Assembly (NCBI GenBank): GCA_951406725.2
Contig: OX597816.1
Location: forward strand, 139,624,001 to 139,688,000
DNA: 64,000 nucleotides
Origin: Octopus vulgaris
Taxonomy: Eukaryota
Direction: 5' to 3'
Positions 63,275 to 64,000 of the stretch are shown here, in pieces (position 1 is the stretch's first letter; the number at the start of each line of letters is the position of its first letter). The translations under genes were made by a program, and so were the position numbers. The notes below the pieces were generated by a model that saw only the letters and a list, made by a program, of their open reading frames with translations, was not told the origin of the DNA and made no database searches.

Positions 63275-63845
63275 TGTGTGTGTATGTATGTATGTATGTA
63301 TGTATGTATGTATGTATGTATGTATGTATGTATGTATGTATGTATGTATGTGTGTATGTATGTATGTATGTATGTATGTGTGTGTGTGTACGTATGTATA
63401 CAAGCATGTGTGTGTCTATGTTTATAAGTATGCGTGTGGATGTAAATATATGTGTGTATGTCTATGCATATGTATGCATGCATCTGTCTGTCTATTTGTA
63501 TGTATGTATGTGTGTATGTATGTGTGTATATATGTATGCATCTGTATGTATATGATTATGTGTGTATGTGTGTGCTGATATATGTATGTGCGTATGTATG
63601 TATGTATATATGTGTGTAAACTTATATTTATGCATGTGTACATAAATATATATGTGTGTATGAATATGTATACATGTTTGTCTGTCTGTCTGTCTGTCTG
63701 TATGTATGTATGTATGTATGTATGTATGTATGTATGTATGTATGTATGTATGTATGTATGTATGTATGTATGTATGTATGTATGTATGTATGTATGTATG
63801 TATGTATTTGACTCTGTGTGTGTGTGCGTGTGTGTGCATGTATAT
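63275..63845. repeat. (TATG)n/(TG)n/(TCTG)n microsatellite tract, representative of dozens in the window
   Basis: Direct inspection. Similar tracts at 7.0-7.9, 30.5-31.8, 35.0-35.8, 39.8-40.1, 46.0-46.4 and 51.7-52.1 kb. Confidence 0.95.
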
Positions 63846-64000
63846 ATGTACGATGGAAGAGAAAAAAGAGGAAGGGATAGGTATTAAGAAAAAGAGGTGA
63901 AAGAAGGTGTGATCTAAAGGAGAGATAGGCGGTCAGAGAGAAAGGACGAGAGCAAACATTATTTTTAGTACATTATAAGACGTTCATTGCCTTATGTATG

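Overview
AT-rich, microsatellite-saturated eukaryotic DNA. The SINE families resemble octopus/coleoid cephalopod repeats (inference). No intact protein-coding gene is visible, and nearly all listed ORFs are translations of (TA)n, (CA)n, (TACA)n or triplet repeats. The window holds four tRNA-derived SINE families (one as a TSD-flanked 4-unit concatemer), decayed Penelope-like elements (RT and GIY-YIG remnants), a 5'-truncated Dong/R4-type LINE bordered by (TAA)n, RTE-type 5'/3' ends, and mariner/hAT/Helitron fragments. A ~9.8 kb direct duplication exactly abuts a 100-N gap and is probably an assembly/haplotype overlap. The most interesting signal is RNA structure. About ten distinct minimal type-I hammerhead-like motifs (CUGANGA-stem II-GAAA-palindromic stem III-UH) of Penelope pLTR type occur, ranging from intact to degenerate. 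Several sit inside long fold-back inverted repeats whose inversion point falls in or next to the ribozyme. Three RTE 5' ends share a possible HDV-like ribozyme fold. A candidate TATA/CCAAT promoter with a short first exon lies at ~61.3-61.5 kb. All folds were assigned by eye; none has been computed or tested.
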